Of a stretch of DNA of 64,000 nucleotides, positions 32,692 to 45,274 are shown piece after piece. The stretch is from the NCBI GenBank assembly GCA_902610815.1, contig CACLXG010000001.1:12775-76774 (forward strand), read 5' to 3'. How positions within the stretch are numbered: the stretch's first letter is position 1; each line of letters begins with the position of its first letter. The DNA is from an uncultured Candidatus Actinomarina sp. (GTDB lineage: Bacteria; Actinomycetota; Acidimicrobiia; Actinomarinales; Actinomarinaceae). The position numbers were made by a program, and so were the translations under genes. The notes under the pieces were generated by a model. It worked only from the letters and a program-made list of their open reading frames with translations. It was not told the DNA's origin and searched no databases.

Positions 32692-33536
32692 GTTCTTGAA
32701 TATAGAAAAGCAGAACATAATATCACCCCAATTCCTATAAACTGAATTGAATTAGTTATCTCGTTTAAAAATTGATAGCCAAAGAAAATAGAAAAAATAG
32801 GAATCATATACACAATAAATGAACTAGATATTCTGCCAACACTCTCTAATAATTTATAATAAGTTAGAAACGCTATTCCAGTTCCTCCGATACCCAATAT
32901 AAGCATTGGAATTAGTGAAACTTCGACAGTTGGTAACTTAAATGATGCAGTAGGCCCCAACATTATAAGTGAGATAAGAAATGCATATCTTATTACCATT
33001 TTTATAACAATTAATGAATCATATTTTTGAATTAATGGTTCTACCATATTTACAGCGATTCCATATGATATTGAGGCAATCAATGCGTAAAGAAAACCAA
33101 TTTCAAAAGAAACGTCATTTATTCCTCCACTTAAAGAAATGAGTCCCACCCCAATAAACCCAGTGAAAATATACAAAAGTTGAATTTTCGTAACTTTTAA
33201 CTTGTAAAACACAACAGCAATAAAAGCAACAAAAATTGGAGTTGATCCATTTATTAATCCAGCCAATGAAGATGTTATTGTTTGTTCAGCAATGCCAAAC
33301 ATATAAAACGGAAGAGCCATCCAAAAAAATGAGATAATAAAAATCCTTATAGTATCAGTTTTGACGATATTTTCCTTAGCTCTAACAAAGATATTAATAA
33401 ATAAAGCACCAATTAAAATTCTGTAGATAGCTATATCAGATGGATTAAGTTCTTCTAATGAATACTTAATCATCAAAAAAGATGATCCCCAAATTGAAGA
33501 CGTTACAAAAGCTAGTAAAAAATTTTTAAAATTCAC
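32688..33536 (-). CDS. EamA/DMT-family transporter
   Basis: IWGSSF, AEQTITSSLAGLINGSTP, GTGIAF, about 10 TM segments. Confidence 0.92.
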   Translation of the reverse strand: MNFKNFLLAFVTSSIWGSSFLMIKYSLEELNPSDIAIYRILIGALFINIFVRAKENIVKTDTIRIFIISFFWMALPFYMFGIAEQTITSSLAGLINGSTPIFVAFIAVVFYKLKVTKIQLLYIFTGFIGVGLISLSGGINDVSFEIGFLYALIASISYGIAVNMVEPLIQKYDSLIVIKMVIRYAFLISLIMLGPTASFKLPTVEVSLIPMLILGIGGTGIAFLTYYKLLESVGRISSSFIVYMIPIFSIFFGYQFLNEITNSIQFIGIGVILCSAFLYSRT

Positions 33537-33575
33537 AGGCTTTGAAGCTTAACATAGATTCCTTCTTAAGAATAA

Positions 33576-33642
33576 TAGAGTCACCATCCAACAGGGTAGA
33601 AGGATTAGTGTAGTGGTTCAAACTGACACAAAGATGACTCTA
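33576..33642 (-). ncRNA. Candidate three-way-junction RNA upstream of the EamA gene
   Basis: 10-bp closing stem on the minus strand (one G-U), two inner hairpins, TATAAT 5 nt upstream; family not recognised. Confidence 0.4.
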
Positions 33643-33666
33643 AAAGTATTATATAAATAATAAAAT

Positions 33667-34320
33667 TTATTGGTCAGTCAATAAAACTGTTTTTTTTCTT
33701 AAACGAATTAATTCATTTACAGGTAAACCATTCTCTTTACCTATTTTTTCAATAATATCTTTTTTATTATCACCTGTTACGAGTAAATATACGTTTTCAA
33801 CATTTTTTAGTAGTTCAAAAGTAGAAGTAACTCTCCATCTAGTGAGAATATTTACTTCATTCTGAACAAATCCTTTCTCATCAGCATTTAAAGCACTTGT
33901 ATCTGGAAATAGAGACGCAATATGACCATCTTCTCCGACTCCTAATATTGCTGCATTAAATTTATCAACTTTACTAAAAACTGTAGTGGTGTAGTTTTTA
34001 GCAGAATGGCTTGGATCTTCTTCATAAGAGTATTCAATAATATTTAGATTTGACTTACTGAAAATTGAATTAATCATTCTTTGATTAGAATTTTCATCAT
34101 TTATATCTACATGTCTCTCATCGACAGTCCATAGATAAATATTTGAATAATTTTTATATTTATCAGCAAATAATTCATAAAAAAACTTAGGTGTGCTTCC
34201 ACCTGATAATCCAAGACTATAGTTTTCAGAGTCATTGATTTCAGAGCTTATTAAATTCAGAAGTGTATTTGAACAATCAATATGATTGTTTCCCTTAAAT
34301 ATTTCTAATGAGTTCATCAT
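33667..34320 (-). CDS. pgl: 6-phosphogluconolactonase
   Basis: LSGGSTP, DERHV..SN, LGVGEDGHIASLFP. Confidence 0.92.
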   Translation of the reverse strand: MMNSLEIFKGNNHIDCSNTLLNLISSEINDSENYSLGLSGGSTPKFFYELFADKYKNYSNIYLWTVDERHVDINDENSNQRMINSIFSKSNLNIIEYSYEEDPSHSAKNYTTTVFSKVDKFNAAILGVGEDGHIASLFPDTSALNADEKGFVQNEVNILTRWRVTSTFELLKNVENVYLLVTGDNKKDIIEKIGKENGLPVNELIRLRKKTVLLTDQ

Positions 34321-34354
34321 TTCTTTTGTTACGTTTATTTTTTAAGTAGTATCA

Positions 34355-35611
34355 ATGTTAGTGGAAAAAAGTATTCAAATAATTGGTGGTAAAAAATTAA
34401 CAGGAACTATTGAAGTTTCTGGTGCAAAAAATGCTGTTTTAAAACAAATGATCCTTCCCATACTTTCAGAAGGTGTATATAAAATAGAAAATGTCCCCAA
34501 TATTACAGATGTGTATTACATGCAAGAAGTGCTGGAAGTTCTTGGAATAACATCAAAACTTGATGAGAAAACTTTAGAGATTAATTCTCCATCAGATATT
34601 TCAGTGGAAGCCCCATATGAAGTTGTTCAAAAGATGAGGGCGTCAATTATTGTACTGGGTCCATTATTAGCAAGAAAAGGTGAAGCTAAAATAGCTTTTC
34701 CAGGAGGTGATCAGCTTGGCCCAAGACCGGTCAAAATGCATATTGAGGCGCTAGAGAAAATGGGTGCCAAATTTGAACTAGACCATGGCGTGCTTATTGG
34801 AAAAACTGATGGACTAAAAGGTGTGGAAATCAATCTTCCTTATGCATCAGTCGGAGCGACAGAGAACACAATATTGGCAGCTGTACTAGCTGATGGTACA
34901 ACAATTATTGAAAATGCTGCAAGAGAACCAGAAGTTGTTGATTTAGTAAAGATGCTTAAAAATATGGGTGCCCAAATCGACGGTGAAGGTACAAGTGAAA
35001 TTACAATTCAAGGAGTTGATTCTCTAAAAAGCACAAACCATGAAGTAATTGGCGACAGGGTTGTTGCGGGAACTTACCTTGCTGCATTTTTAGCTACGCA
35101 AGGATCAGGTGAAATTAAAGGGATTGATCCAAATTGTCTACCTATGGAATTAAAGAAATTTCAAGAAATGGGTGCTGATTTGGTTATCAATGAAAATTCT
35201 ATAGAAATAAATAGTGTAAAAGATATCTCCTCAATTGAGATTTCTACTCTTCCATTCCCAGGAGTAGCAACAGACTTACAACCAATTTTTGGGGCATGTT
35301 TATTAAAAGCTAATGGCACATCAATAATAACTGAAAATGTCTATGACCAGAGGTTCCAATGGATACCAGAAGTACAAAGAATGGGTGCAGATATACAATC
35401 TGGCTGGCAACATGCAATGATAAAAGGTGTAAAAAAAATATCTGGTGCACCAGTCTATTCAACTGATATAAGAACTGGAGCAAGCCTAGTAATCGCTGCT
35501 CTACAAGCTGATGGAGAGTCTTTAATTACAGGCGTTGACCATATTGAGAGGGGATATGAAAATATTGTTGATTTACTAAGTTCGGTTGGCAGTGAAATAC
35601 AATATAATTAA
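34355..35611 (+). CDS. murA: UDP-N-acetylglucosamine 1-carboxyvinyltransferase
   Basis: SGAKNA, MRASI, PGGDQLGPRP, SVGATEN, NAAREPE, PFPGVATDLQ, HIERGY. Confidence 0.97.
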   Translation: MLVEKSIQIIGGKKLTGTIEVSGAKNAVLKQMILPILSEGVYKIENVPNITDVYYMQEVLEVLGITSKLDEKTLEINSPSDISVEAPYEVVQKMRASIIVLGPLLARKGEAKIAFPGGDQLGPRPVKMHIEALEKMGAKFELDHGVLIGKTDGLKGVEINLPYASVGATENTILAAVLADGTTIIENAAREPEVVDLVKMLKNMGAQIDGEGTSEITIQGVDSLKSTNHEVIGDRVVAGTYLAAFLATQGSGEIKGIDPNCLPMELKKFQEMGADLVINENSIEINSVKDISSIEISTLPFPGVATDLQPIFGACLLKANGTSIITENVYDQRFQWIPEVQRMGADIQSGWQHAMIKGVKKISGAPVYSTDIRTGASLVIAALQADGESLITGVDHIERGYENIVDLLSSVGSEIQYN

Positions 35612-35614
35612 TAT

Positions 35615-35887
35615 ATGGCAAATTTAAATTTTCCAAAAGTTAAAGATCGTGATCCAAATGCTGAAGTAGATATGGAAGTATTAAATGATACGATTGAATA
35701 TATTCGTCCAGCTGTTCAAGCAGATGGCGGAGATATTAAATTAGCTTCTGTAGAAAATGGTGTTGTAAATATTGAAATGCTTGGTGCTTGCCAAGGCTGC
35801 CCTATGTCAATAGCTACTTTAAAAAGTGGTATAGAAAGAATTCTAAAAGATAAAGTACCTGGAGTAATTGAAGTTATAGCTTCCTAA
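35615..35887 (+). CDS. NifU/NfuA C-terminal domain Fe-S carrier
   Basis: IRPAVQADGGDI, GACQGCPMS..TLK.GIE. Confidence 0.92.
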   Translation: MANLNFPKVKDRDPNAEVDMEVLNDTIEYIRPAVQADGGDIKLASVENGVVNIEMLGACQGCPMSIATLKSGIERILKDKVPGVIEVIAS

Positions 35888-36495
35888 CTATTATCAAGTA
35901 CTCGAGTTGTATAAAAATTAATTCCTATCAAAAATCCTTTATCTATTAAAGGTTCAACTACGTACTGAATATTATTTAATGTGACACTTCCACCTATTTG
36001 CTCTGGTGAATTTACCTCGTCATAAAGACCAACTTTACTAAGCACAGATTCTCTACCATCTTTGTCTAAGGTTTCATCAGCCATTGCAACTAATATTAAG
36101 AAAAATAATTTTGTGCGCTGGGAAGTAACATCATCTGTTGAAGCTGGAGAAAAGAATTCTACACTATCAACAATTTCATCTCTTATTGCAATATTGATAA
36201 CAAAAGAAGAGTTTGTATTTTCAATGTCTCCAAATTGATAGAACAGAGTGTTTTGTTCAGTAGAAGTCCATCGAACTTTGTCAGGATTGATGGAGAAATA
36301 TAATACCGTATCTTCATCACTTGAAATATCCGAAACAAGTTTGTTCCAGCTTGCTACATACTCACTGGAAGTTTTGCCTAAACCACTTACTATAATTATT
36401 TCTTCATTAGTGGACTCGTTGGACAACTCGTTACTTGGCTCACTAGAACAATTTGCAAAAATTAAAACTAAAAAAAGAAAAATAACTTTTTTCAT
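35884..36495 (-). CDS. Hypothetical lipoprotein
   Basis: MKKVIFLFLVLIFANC signal/lipobox when started at 36495 (ATGA overlap with the upstream gene). Confidence 0.7.
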   Translation of the reverse strand: MKKVIFLFLVLIFANCSSEPSNELSNESTNEEIIIVSGLGKTSSEYVASWNKLVSDISSDEDTVLYFSINPDKVRWTSTEQNTLFYQFGDIENTNSSFVINIAIRDEIVDSVEFFSPASTDDVTSQRTKLFFLILVAMADETLDKDGRESVLSKVGLYDEVNSPEQIGGSVTLNNIQYVVEPLIDKGFLIGINFYTTRVLDNS

Positions 36496-36932
36496 TTTTC
36501 CAAAATATTTTTTAGATTCATTAAGTTTTTTTTCCAAATAATTTTTAATACAAATCCCCCAAAAAACTCCGCAATTGGGCCTCCAAGATAATATGGAGCT
36601 TTTAAATATTCAATCCATTCAAATTTTGTGGAGTTCTCATCATTTTTACTCAAATAAAATGCTCCTTCTCCAGTAACAATTCCCTCATGTACTACACCTA
36701 TACTGTTCATATCTTCCCAAGTTGTAACAGTAATAATATCATTCAGAGAAAAAGGTCCAACTTTTGTTAAAACTTTCATTTTTGTATCAATTCCAGCTTC
36801 ATTTTCAGATAGAAAGTCAATTTTGGCTGCATCCTGCATCCAATTGACGTGATTTTTCATAATTTTTACCTCATCCCAAACCACTTCAATAGGTTTGTTA
36901 ATGATTGTTGAAACTTCAATTCTTTTACTCAT
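36492..36932 (-). CDS. SRPBCC (START-like) family protein
   Basis: IEVSTII..P.EVVWD..WM pattern, C-terminal L..LK..LE helix. Confidence 0.8.
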   Translation of the reverse strand: MSKRIEVSTIINKPIEVVWDEVKIMKNHVNWMQDAAKIDFLSENEAGIDTKMKVLTKVGPFSLNDIITVTTWEDMNSIGVVHEGIVTGEGAFYLSKNDENSTKFEWIEYLKAPYYLGGPIAEFFGGFVLKIIWKKNLMNLKNILEK

Positions 36933-36974
36933 TGCTTGTTAAACAATATTAGTTCATAAGTAAAATAAATATAT

Positions 36975-38116
36975 ATGAATAAAAATGATTATATATATTT
37001 AGATCATGCAGCAACAACACCTATGCGTGAGGTTGCTTTTGAGGCATATAAAAAGACTGAAATGGATGCTTATGCAAACTCTTCTGGCGGTCATGCGCTT
37101 TCAAGGAAAGCAAAAAATATTCTAGAGGATTCCAGGGAATTTATTGCCAGCTGCTTTAGTGCTGCTCCAAATGAGATTACTTTTACCAGTGGTGGAACTG
37201 AAGCTGATAATTGGATAATTAAAACACCTTATATAGACAAAGACACTACGGCTGAGCTAACAACGACTCAGATCGAACATGAAGCGGTTTTAGCTTCTGC
37301 AGAAAATATTCATAGCAAAGGATTTAATGTTAATTTTGTTTCATGCGACGGTGAAGGAATCACAAATATTGATGAATTTAGGAAGTCTATTAATTCAAAT
37401 ACTCTAATTGCTTCAGTAATGTACGCAAATAATGAAACAGGAGTTGTCCAACCTATTCAAGAAATGTCAAAAATAGTTAAGGATATCAATCCAAATACAT
37501 TATTTCATTCAGATGTAGTACAAGCAGTTGCTACCAAAAAATTAAACTTTCATAATCTTGGAATTGAAAGTGCCGCCATTTCAGGACACAAAATTGGTGG
37601 ACCTAAAGGTATTGGAGTTATGTTTTTAAAGACAGGATATAAGATTCCAAGCTTCTTGCATGGTGGAAAACAAGAACTTGAAAGAAGAGCAGGCACAGTA
37701 AATGTATCTGGTGTTGCTGGATTAGCTGCAGCTCTTAAAGAACAACAAAACAATTTAGATAAAGATGTCGAATTAATTGAAAATGAAAAAACAATATTTG
37801 AAAATAACCTTAAAGAGAATATTGAATTAAGAGTAGTTGGAGAAAATGTAGAGAGATTGTGTCATATATCTAATATACAATTCAAAGATATAAATTCAGA
37901 AACATTAATGGTAGCTTTAGATTTAAATGGGATGGGAGTCTCAAGGGGCTCCGCATGTGCTAGTGGCGCACAAAAACCATCCCATGTCTTAAAAGCTATG
38001 AAAGTTGACGAACAAGTTATTAATAATCATCTTAGATTCAGCTTTGGTTGGAATACACAAAAGGGTGATGGATTAAAGTGTGCTGAAATTGTTAAAAAGA
38101 CTATAAAGGAACTGTC

Positions 38117-38120
<4 letters not shown>
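36975..38120 (+). CDS. iscS: Cysteine desulfurase (IscS/NifS class I)
   Basis: YLDHAATTP, FTSGGTEADN, NNETG, SGHKIGGPKG, GSACASG; coupled to mnmA. Confidence 0.93.
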
Positions 38121-41649
<3,529 letters not shown>

Positions 41650-41687
41650 ACATTAAAATAATATCTAAGAAATAAAAAGAGACCAAA

Positions 41688-42500
41688 GTGAAAATAGAAA
41701 ATTTAGAAGAGCAAATAAAAAATATTGATCCTAATAACATATCTGAAAATGATTTGTCAGTAATTGAGTTTACAATTCAAGAACTCGACAAAGGAAATAT
41801 TAGAGTAGCAAGCAATAAAGATAACCTGTGGTTGCTTAATGAATGGGTAAGAGATGCTATTTTATTATTTTTTTCAATAAGAAATTTAAAAGAAATTAGT
41901 GCAAATGACTTAATTTATTATGACAAGTTAGAGCCTAAAAAGAATTACAAAGAACTGGGCATTAGAGTTGTCCCTCCTGGAGTAGTTAGGTATGGTGCAT
42001 TTTGTGAACCAGGAGTTGTTGTCATGCCTGGCTTTGTCAATATTGGAGCATATGTAGGTTCAGGAACTATGGTTGATACCTGGGCGACTGTAGGTTCTTG
42101 TGCTCAAATAGGAAAAAATGTTCATCTTTCAGGTGGAGTTGGTATTGGTGGAGTACTGGAACCTGCCGGAGCGATGCCGGTGGTTGTTGAAGACGGAGCA
42201 TTTATTGGTTCACGTTCAATTATTGTTGAAGGCGTCAGAATAAAAAAAGGAGCAGTAATAGGTGCAAATGTTACTCTTACTGCCTCTACACCAATTATTG
42301 ATGTAACAGGTAAAGAGCCAGTTGAGGTTAAGGGTGTAGTTGATGAAAATTCTGTTGTCATTCCTGGAACAAGGCCAAAAGAATTTCCAAGCGGTGTATT
42401 TAACACTCCTTGTGCTTTAGTAATTGGAAAAAGAAAAGAATCTACTGATGAAAAAACTTCACTTACTGATGCATTGAGAACTTTTGGAGTTGAAGTTTGA
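41688..42500 (+). CDS. dapD: Tetrahydrodipicolinate N-succinyltransferase
   Basis: RVVPP, FVNIGAYV, MVDTWATVGSCAQIGKNVHLSGGVGIGGVLEP. Confidence 0.97.
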   Translation: MKIENLEEQIKNIDPNNISENDLSVIEFTIQELDKGNIRVASNKDNLWLLNEWVRDAILLFFSIRNLKEISANDLIYYDKLEPKKNYKELGIRVVPPGVVRYGAFCEPGVVVMPGFVNIGAYVGSGTMVDTWATVGSCAQIGKNVHLSGGVGIGGVLEPAGAMPVVVEDGAFIGSRSIIVEGVRIKKGAVIGANVTLTASTPIIDVTGKEPVEVKGVVDENSVVIPGTRPKEFPSGVFNTPCALVIGKRKESTDEKTSLTDALRTFGVEV

Positions 42501-43543
42501 ACTTAGTTGATACTTTTTTAAAGCTCATTTCTATTGAATCTGAAACTGGCAAAGAAGATAATATTTTAGATTTTATTGAAACATTTTTAGAAGGTAATAA
42601 TTTTCAAGGTGAAATTAAAAGAAATGATGGTGGAATAGTAGCTGTTCCTAGCGAATCAAGTAAAAAAATTGCACTAGTTGGTCACGTTGACACCGTTCCT
42701 ATCGTTCCTAATCAACAATATGAATTTGATAACGATGATTTAATTGGCGGGAGAGGATCTGTTGATATGAAAGGTGGTATTGCAATCATCTTACATTCTT
42801 TAATCGAAAATTCTTCTGAAATAGTTGGAGTCTTTTATACAGCAGAGGAAAGTTCATATGAAGACAATGGATTAAATATAATTATGCCAGAGCTTTTAAG
42901 TGATTTTGATATTGACTTCGCAATAATTTTAGAACCAACTGATAATGAAATTCAATTAGGTTGCTTAGGTGCTTTAAATGCTACTTTAACAATAAGTGGC
43001 AAAGCGGCACATTCGGCCAGGCCTTGGGTTGGAGACAACCCTATATACAAAGTTAAAGATGTAATTAAGTTAGTAGAAGAGAATGAAATTAACGAACTTG
43101 AAATAGACGGTTTAAATTTTAAAGAAGTGATGTCAATTACTAAAATTTCTTCTGGCATTGCAAATAATGTTATTCCAGAAACATTGAAGTTAAATTTAAA
43201 CTTTAGATACTCACCAGAACTGAATGGATCTGAAGCAAGTAGTTATATTAATGACCTATTTTCTGATAATGTTGATGTAGAAATATTAAACACTTCAAAT
43301 GGAGCTATGCCTAATAAATCAGAAGAAAAAATAAACGAGTTTATAAAGAAGACAGGGGCAGTGGTTCAGCCAAAGCAAGCATGGACAGATATCGCACGAT
43401 TTTTCGAACACAAAATTCCTTGTGTAAATTTTGGACCGGGTAATCCACTTTTAGCACATGCAACGAATGAACATATTAGTAAAAAACAGCTATTAGAATC
43501 ATATGAATTACTTTCAGGCTATCTAGGAGTAAAAAGTGAGTAA
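42497..43543 (+). CDS. dapE: Succinyl-diaminopimelate desuccinylase
   Basis: GHVDTV, GRGSVDMKGG, AEE, HSARPW, WTD, GPGNPLLAH; follows dapD. Confidence 0.92.
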   Translation: MNLVDTFLKLISIESETGKEDNILDFIETFLEGNNFQGEIKRNDGGIVAVPSESSKKIALVGHVDTVPIVPNQQYEFDNDDLIGGRGSVDMKGGIAIILHSLIENSSEIVGVFYTAEESSYEDNGLNIIMPELLSDFDIDFAIILEPTDNEIQLGCLGALNATLTISGKAAHSARPWVGDNPIYKVKDVIKLVEENEINELEIDGLNFKEVMSITKISSGIANNVIPETLKLNLNFRYSPELNGSEASSYINDLFSDNVDVEILNTSNGAMPNKSEEKINEFIKKTGAVVQPKQAWTDIARFFEHKIPCVNFGPGNPLLAHATNEHISKKQLLESYELLSGYLGVKSE

Positions 43544-43826
43544 TGAGTTCAATATTAAAAATATAGCTAAGCTTGCTTCCATTAATTTATCGAAAGAAGA
43601 ACAAGATAGTCTGAGCAATGACTTAAGTATTATTTTGGAGCATGTAAATGCATTAAGCGATTTAAAACTTCACGCTCAACAACAAGAAATATTTATACAC
43701 CCTTTAGAAAAAGAACTAGAACTACAAGAGGATGAAGTAAAAAAATCATTAACTCATGATGAGGCAATTAGTAATGCTCCAGAGTCTAAAGATGGAAAGT
43801 TCGTAGTTCCCCCTTCGATGGAATAG
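43536..43826 (+). CDS. gatC: Asp/Glu-tRNA amidotransferase subunit C
   Basis: IAKLA..L, NAP...GKFVVP; precedes gatA. Confidence 0.9.
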   Translation: MSNEFNIKNIAKLASINLSKEEQDSLSNDLSIILEHVNALSDLKLHAQQQEIFIHPLEKELELQEDEVKKSLTHDEAISNAPESKDGKFVVPPSME

Positions 43827-43828
43827 TT

Positions 43829-45274
43829 ATGGATGTTTCAAATTTATCTATTAGAGAAATAAACTCACTGTTTACAAAAAAAGAGTTAAAACCATCTGAA
43901 TTGTATTCAAAAGTATTTGAAAATGCAGCAAACTCAGAAGCAGCACTTCATGCACATCTAACACTTTTTGAAGAAGAAAATATAAAAAAAGCGGCTGAAT
44001 CTGACAAAAGATTCAGCAGTGGTAAATCAGCTAGTTTATTAGATGGAATACCAATTGCAATTAAAGACAATATCAATATTAAAAATTATAAAACTACATG
44101 CTCTTCGAAAATGTTGTCAAACTATACATCTCCATATGACGCAACAGTAATTGAAAAACTTAAAGAGCAGAACACTTTGTTTACGGGTAAAACAAATCTT
44201 GATGAGTTTGCGATGGGCTCATCCACTGAAAACTCTGCATTTGGTCTTACTAAAAATCCGTGGAACACAGATTATGTTCCCGGAGGGTCTTCTGGAGGTT
44301 CTGCCGCTTCTGTTGGTGCGAGATCATCAATTGCAGCACTTGGAAGTGATACTGGTGGATCAATAAGACAGCCAGCATCTTTTTGTGGTTTAGTAGGTTT
44401 TAAGCCGACATATGGAACTGTTTCCAGATTTGGTTTGGTGGCTTTCGCATCATCATTAGATCAAATTGGTCCAATTACAAAAACAGTAGATGACTCAAGA
44501 ATCATTTTCTCCTCGATTTCTGGTGAAGATAATCGAGATGCTACTTCTGTAATTAATAACCAATTAGATATTCCAAGTGACAACACTGCCACAATTGGAG
44601 TGATAAAAGAATTAATGGAAGATGGCATTTCAGATGAAGCTAAAAATGAAGTTAATAAAGTCGTTGAAATTCTTAAATCTAAAGGTTACAAAGTTAAAGA
44701 GATCTCTATACCAATAATCAAACTTTCTATCAGTATCTATTATTTAATTGCACCAGCTGAGTGCTCAGCTAACCTTGCACGTTTTGATGGCGTTAGATAT
44801 GGATTAAGAGTAGATGGAAAAACTAGTTATGAAATGATGGAAAATACCAGAGCCGAAGGATTTGGTGCTGAAGTTAAAAGAAGAATTTTGTTGGGAACCT
44901 ATGCACTATCAGCAGGATATTATGACGAGTATTATGGAAAAGCTTTGCAGGCAAGAAAAGAAATGATAGATGAATTTGCTAAAACATTTAAAGATGTAGA
45001 TTATTTGATTTCACCAACAACTCCCACACAGGCTTTCAAGTCTGGTGAGAAAACAAGTAATCCATTAGAAATGTACATGTCAGACTTATGCACAATTCCT
45101 GCTAATTTGGCTGGCCTTCCAGCAATAAGTATTCCTACTGGACTTAGTAAAGATAAACTACCTCTTGGAGTGCAAATAATGAGTAAGCCATTATCTGACA
45201 ATCCACTTCTAGATTTTTCAGAAATAATTGAAAAAGAGGTTCAGTTTGATGGACAACCTAAAGGATGGTTGTAA
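43829..45274 (+). CDS. gatA: Asp/Glu-tRNA amidotransferase subunit A
   Basis: GKTNLDEFAMGSSTE, GGSSGGS, GSDTGGSIRQPA, EVKRRILLGTY. Confidence 0.98.
   Translation: MDVSNLSIREINSLFTKKELKPSELYSKVFENAANSEAALHAHLTLFEEENIKKAAESDKRFSSGKSASLLDGIPIAIKDNINIKNYKTTCSSKMLSNYTSPYDATVIEKLKEQNTLFTGKTNLDEFAMGSSTENSAFGLTKNPWNTDYVPGGSSGGSAASVGARSSIAALGSDTGGSIRQPASFCGLVGFKPTYGTVSRFGLVAFASSLDQIGPITKTVDDSRIIFSSISGEDNRDATSVINNQLDIPSDNTATIGVIKELMEDGISDEAKNEVNKVVEILKSKGYKVKEISIPIIKLSISIYYLIAPAECSANLARFDGVRYGLRVDGKTSYEMMENTRAEGFGAEVKRRILLGTYALSAGYYDEYYGKALQARKEMIDEFAKTFKDVDYLISPTTPTQAFKSGEKTSNPLEMYMSDLCTIPANLAGLPAISIPTGLSKDKLPLGVQIMSKPLSDNPLLDFSEIIEKEVQFDGQPKGWL

Noticed and set aside
33590..33629. tRNA-like reading on the + strand (GGGTAGA D-loop-like, GGTTCAAA T-loop-like)
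   Set aside because: No canonical T-stem register or anticodon arm; G-U pairing and promoter position favour the minus strand
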